Part shown: positions 61,314 to 64,000 of the stretch, one piece after another
Layout of the letters: every line of letters begins with the position of its first letter
Numbering within the stretch: the first letter of the stretch is position 1
Source: a virus
DNA length: 64,000 nucleotides
IMG/VR virus record: IMGVR_UViG_3300037851_000831
Location: 32,783 to 96,782 of that record
Reading direction: 5' to 3' (one strand)
Translations under genes and position numbers: made by a program
Notes under the pieces: model-generated
What the model saw: the letters and a program-made list of their open reading frames with translations, nothing else
Databases searched by the model: none
What the model was told of the DNA's origin: nothing

Positions 61314-61910
61314 ATGCAATATTCCAGTACAAAACTTTCTGACCTTCTTCAAGAAGTCTTTGGCTCCAGAGTCAAACTTCTTGTCATGAAAAATGGTGCA
61401 GAGTATGAGGCATTCCCCGCACTTCTGTCAAAGAACGTTCGCGTTGGGGAGAGACCATACCGCATTACCATTTTTGAATTGAGAAATGGCTTTCTTCATC
61501 CGCTGGGTCACTGGGACGTGACGAAGGAAGAGTATGACTTCATGGAACAGCAGCAGCGAATCCCTGAAGATATTGAGGCAGACATTCTCCACGACCTTAG
61601 TCTTCCATATGGAGCAAATTTGACTATCGATAAGTCGAAGAAGCCAGTAAATGAATCCTCCATTCACAAAGCATACAAGGAAAGTTTGCTCCGTGAACTT
61701 GAAGGTAAATGCGACTGTGCCGTTCGCCCGGAGGATAGCGGATTTGTGAAGATCATTCTCAAGAAAGACAAAGAGGAACTTGGTAAGTATGAACGGTTCA
61801 TTACACACAACCAGTTCAAGACGACCGACAATTCCGACAGCCCATTCTCCGAAATCATTCAACATCACGATGCCAAGTTCGCCAAGAAGCATCGCCTCCA
61901 ATACAGATAA
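61314..61910 (+). CDS. hypothetical protein with KLSDLLQE N-terminal motif
   Basis: Preceded by TATATTTATA; TAATG-coupled to next gene. Confidence 0.7.
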   Translation: MQYSSTKLSDLLQEVFGSRVKLLVMKNGAEYEAFPALLSKNVRVGERPYRITIFELRNGFLHPLGHWDVTKEEYDFMEQQQRIPEDIEADILHDLSLPYGANLTIDKSKKPVNESSIHKAYKESLLRELEGKCDCAVRPEDSGFVKIILKKDKEELGKYERFITHNQFKTTDNSDSPFSEIIQHHDAKFAKKHRLQYR

Positions 61911-62560
61911 TGATCCGTTTGAAATCACTTCTCTTGGAAAACTTTGCGGGAAGTTTGGCAAAAAATCATGACTTCTTCATGAGTGCTCCGTCGCCTGTTT
62001 TTTGGGCAATGGTTCCGTTCATGAACAAGCAAGACACGGGTGCCGACTGCTCTCTACTGTCTTCAGTTATTGTTCTGAATGCCATTCGACACTTGGAAGA
62101 AAGCGAAGGCGAACTATTGACTCCAGAATCTCTTCTATCCGAGACCGAACTTGATGAATGGAAGAAAGCAACCGAGCCGGGTGGTGATGGAGTCAACTTG
62201 GATGAACTCAAAGGCTACCTTGAAAAATCTGTGCAAAAACTGTGCGGAAAAGGCTGGAAGGTATTGGTTGAAAGAGACCTTACGAAATTGACGCCACGCT
62301 TGGAATCTGTGCAAAAAGCGGGAAATCAGTTTGTCATCGGAAACTTCAACGCTGCCATGGTCTATGATAAAGGAAGTGGTGGGCACTATTCGCCATTTGC
62401 AGCATACGATGTTGACAACGACCTAATTTTAGTGTTCGATGTTGACAGAACCCGTTATGTGCCCTCTTGGGTGCCTATGGATGACATGCTAAAGGCTATG
62501 GAATCCATTGATTCTGACGCGGAAGATCACAGAGGATACATCGTTGTAGAAAAATCATGA
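61910..62560 (+). CDS. phytochelatin-synthase-like papain-fold peptidase
   Basis: Q....DC...S...VLNA, GGHYSP..AYD...D..LVFDV, RGYIVV (Cys-His-Asp triad). Confidence 0.85.
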   Translation: MIRLKSLLLENFAGSLAKNHDFFMSAPSPVFWAMVPFMNKQDTGADCSLLSSVIVLNAIRHLEESEGELLTPESLLSETELDEWKKATEPGGDGVNLDELKGYLEKSVQKLCGKGWKVLVERDLTKLTPRLESVQKAGNQFVIGNFNAAMVYDKGSGGHYSPFAAYDVDNDLILVFDVDRTRYVPSWVPMDDMLKAMESIDSDAEDHRGYIVVEKS

Positions 62561-64000
62561 AGTTAAAGACAATACTAATGGAAGGAGTCAAGGAGAAGGC
62601 TGCGGTTGACTATCTCAAGCAGGCTATTCAAGGAACTGAATGGCAGGGCAAGGTATTGCAGGCTGGTGGTTCCGTGCGCGACGAGTTGATGGGTATCGAT
62701 CCAAAGGATATCGACCTCGTTGTGAATGCACCCGATGGTGGTATCAAATTTGCCGAGTGGATTACAAAGAAAATGGGCAACTACAAGGAAGGTAGCAACC
62801 CTGTCATTTTCCCTCGCTTCGGAACTGCAAAGTTCAACATGGAAGGCGTAACGCACAATGGTCAAGACCTCAGCGGTATTGACATTGAAGCCGTAATGCC
62901 ACGTAAAGAGAAGTACACAGATGGTTCGAGAAAGCCCGAAGTTACTGGTGGAGAACTTGCTGACGATGTTATGCGTCGCGACTTCACCGTGAACAGCCTT
63001 CTCAAAGATTTGACAAGCGGAGAAATCCTCGACCTCACCGGTATGGGAAGAGAAGACATCAAGAAGGGTATCGTAAGAACCCCACTCGATCCTGATGTGA
63101 TTTTCTCGGATGATCCTCTCCGTATGCTTCGTGCAATTCGCTTTGCTGTAAAGTATAGTTGGGATTTGCCGATGTTCATGTTGAAGGGCATCAAACGCAA
63201 CGCATCCAAGTTGCAAAATATTTCAGCCGAGCGCATCAGTGAAGAGTTGAACAAGATGCTCATGACAAAGACACCTGAAAAGGCTATCAAACTTATGAAG
63301 GTTGTCGGATTGCTTGAGTATGTTATTCCAGAACTGAAGAGTGCAATCGGCATGGGTCAAAACAAGTATCACCAAGACGATGTGTTCAAGCACACCCTTG
63401 CCGTGTTGAGCAAGACACAGCCTGTTCTCGTACAGAGATTGATGGGCTTGTTCCACGATATTGGAAAGACCGTAACCAAGAGCGTGACACCGACAGGTGT
63501 TCACTTCTATGGTCATGAGATGGCGGGTGAGAAGATGGTATATGATATCATGGGTCGCTTGCGCTATCCGAAGGAACTCATCGATGCCGTTGCGCTGGGT
63601 GTTCGTCAGCACATGCGATTGAAGAGTGCCGGTGATGATGCTGTGGGCTTGTCTGACAAGGCGCTTCGCAAATTCAAGGTTGATATGGGCGACCAACTTG
63701 AGAACGTACTCGGATTGATGCACGCCGACAACATCAGCCATGCCACAACGGCAACCATGCCAAACCAAATTGCCAACATTCGTAAGAGGCTTGAAAACCT
63801 CAACATGGATGTAAACGCAGGAAAGCCAAAACTTCCATTGAACGGCAAAGACCTTCAGGCGATGGGAATCCCACCCGGACCGATTTACAAGGATATCCTC
63901 GAAAAAGTAACTGATGCGTGGTACGAAAACCCCAAACTCACCAAAGAGGAAGCACAAGAGATTGCCAAAAAAGTGGCATCCCAAGATTCCGGGAAAATCG
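62557..64000 (+). CDS. cca: CCA-adding tRNA nucleotidyltransferase with HD domain (runs off window edge)
   Basis: Not in ORF track. MKLKTILMEG...GGSVRDELMGIDPKDIDLVV, RFGT, RRDFTVN, DDPLRMLRAIRF, SAERI, HDIGK. Confidence 0.92.
   Translation, partial: MKLKTILMEGVKEKAAVDYLKQAIQGTEWQGKVLQAGGSVRDELMGIDPKDIDLVVNAPDGGIKFAEWITKKMGNYKEGSNPVIFPRFGTAKFNMEGVTHNGQDLSGIDIEAVMPRKEKYTDGSRKPEVTGGELADDVMRRDFTVNSLLKDLTSGEILDLTGMGREDIKKGIVRTPLDPDVIFSDDPLRMLRAIRFAVKYSWDLPMFMLKGIKRNASKLQNISAERISEELNKMLMTKTPEKAIKLMKVVGLLEYVIPELKSAIGMGQNKYHQDDVFKHTLAVLSKTQPVLVQRLMGLFHDIGKTVTKSVTPTGVHFYGHEMAGEKMVYDIMGRLRYPKELIDAVALGVRQHMRLKSAGDDAVGLSDKALRKFKVDMGDQLENVLGLMHADNISHATTATMPNQIANIRKRLENLNMDVNAGKPKLPLNGKDLQAMGIPPGPIYKDILEKVTDAWYENPKLTKEEAQEIAKKVASQDSGKI

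Noticed and set aside
62575-63984. Long minus-strand ORFs here and similar antisense ORFs (31297-32145, 49016-49888, 10819-11577)
   Set aside because: They are shadows of well-supported genes on the opposite strand and carry no motifs or promoters.
1-64000. Genome-wide TAG or TGA recoding
   Set aside because: Genes are intact in code 11; TAG (7135, 44188, 55004) and TGA act as clear stops, including at the same position after the EVW tail.

Overview
This looks like a 64-kb segment of a large (jumbo-type) dsDNA bacteriophage genome; no capsid, tail or polymerase genes are in the window. The TonB-like and secreted proteins suggest an Opitutae/Verrucomicrobiota host (inference). Genes diverge at about 24.3 kb. 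The left arm is all minus-strand and the right arm mostly plus-strand. Both are packed with short genes, many with their own sigma70-type GGCTTGAC(T/A) promoter and apparently leaderless mRNA. Recognisable functions are heavily skewed to RNA repair and translation upkeep: Rnl1- and Rnl2-type RNA ligases, a 2H phosphoesterase, TM-type RNase Z, CCA-adding enzyme, YhaM-like HD nuclease, RlmN/Cfr-like radical SAM enzyme, EF-Ts, a bL12-CTD-like protein, an ArfA-like rescue factor missed by the ORF track, and two tRNAs. Also present are two DNA methyltransferase plus putative nuclease pairs, an SF2 helicase, a CoaD-CoaE fusion, NADAR, Nudix, a phytochelatin-synthase-like peptidase and a SleB hydrolase. 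The most unusual signals are: (i) two loci lacking credible genes (15.55-17.03 kb minus; 26.35-27.24 kb plus) that carry promoters, boxA-like elements and long G-U-containing stems, i.e. several candidate large structured ncRNAs; (ii) a shared C-terminal LDSI(S/A)EVW-like tail on mostly unrelated proteins; (iii) a G-rich 18-mer downstream of three promoters with no ORF between promoter and 18-mer; (iv) two further dispersed tandem DNA motifs. All family assignments are from motif recognition by eye; no searches were run.
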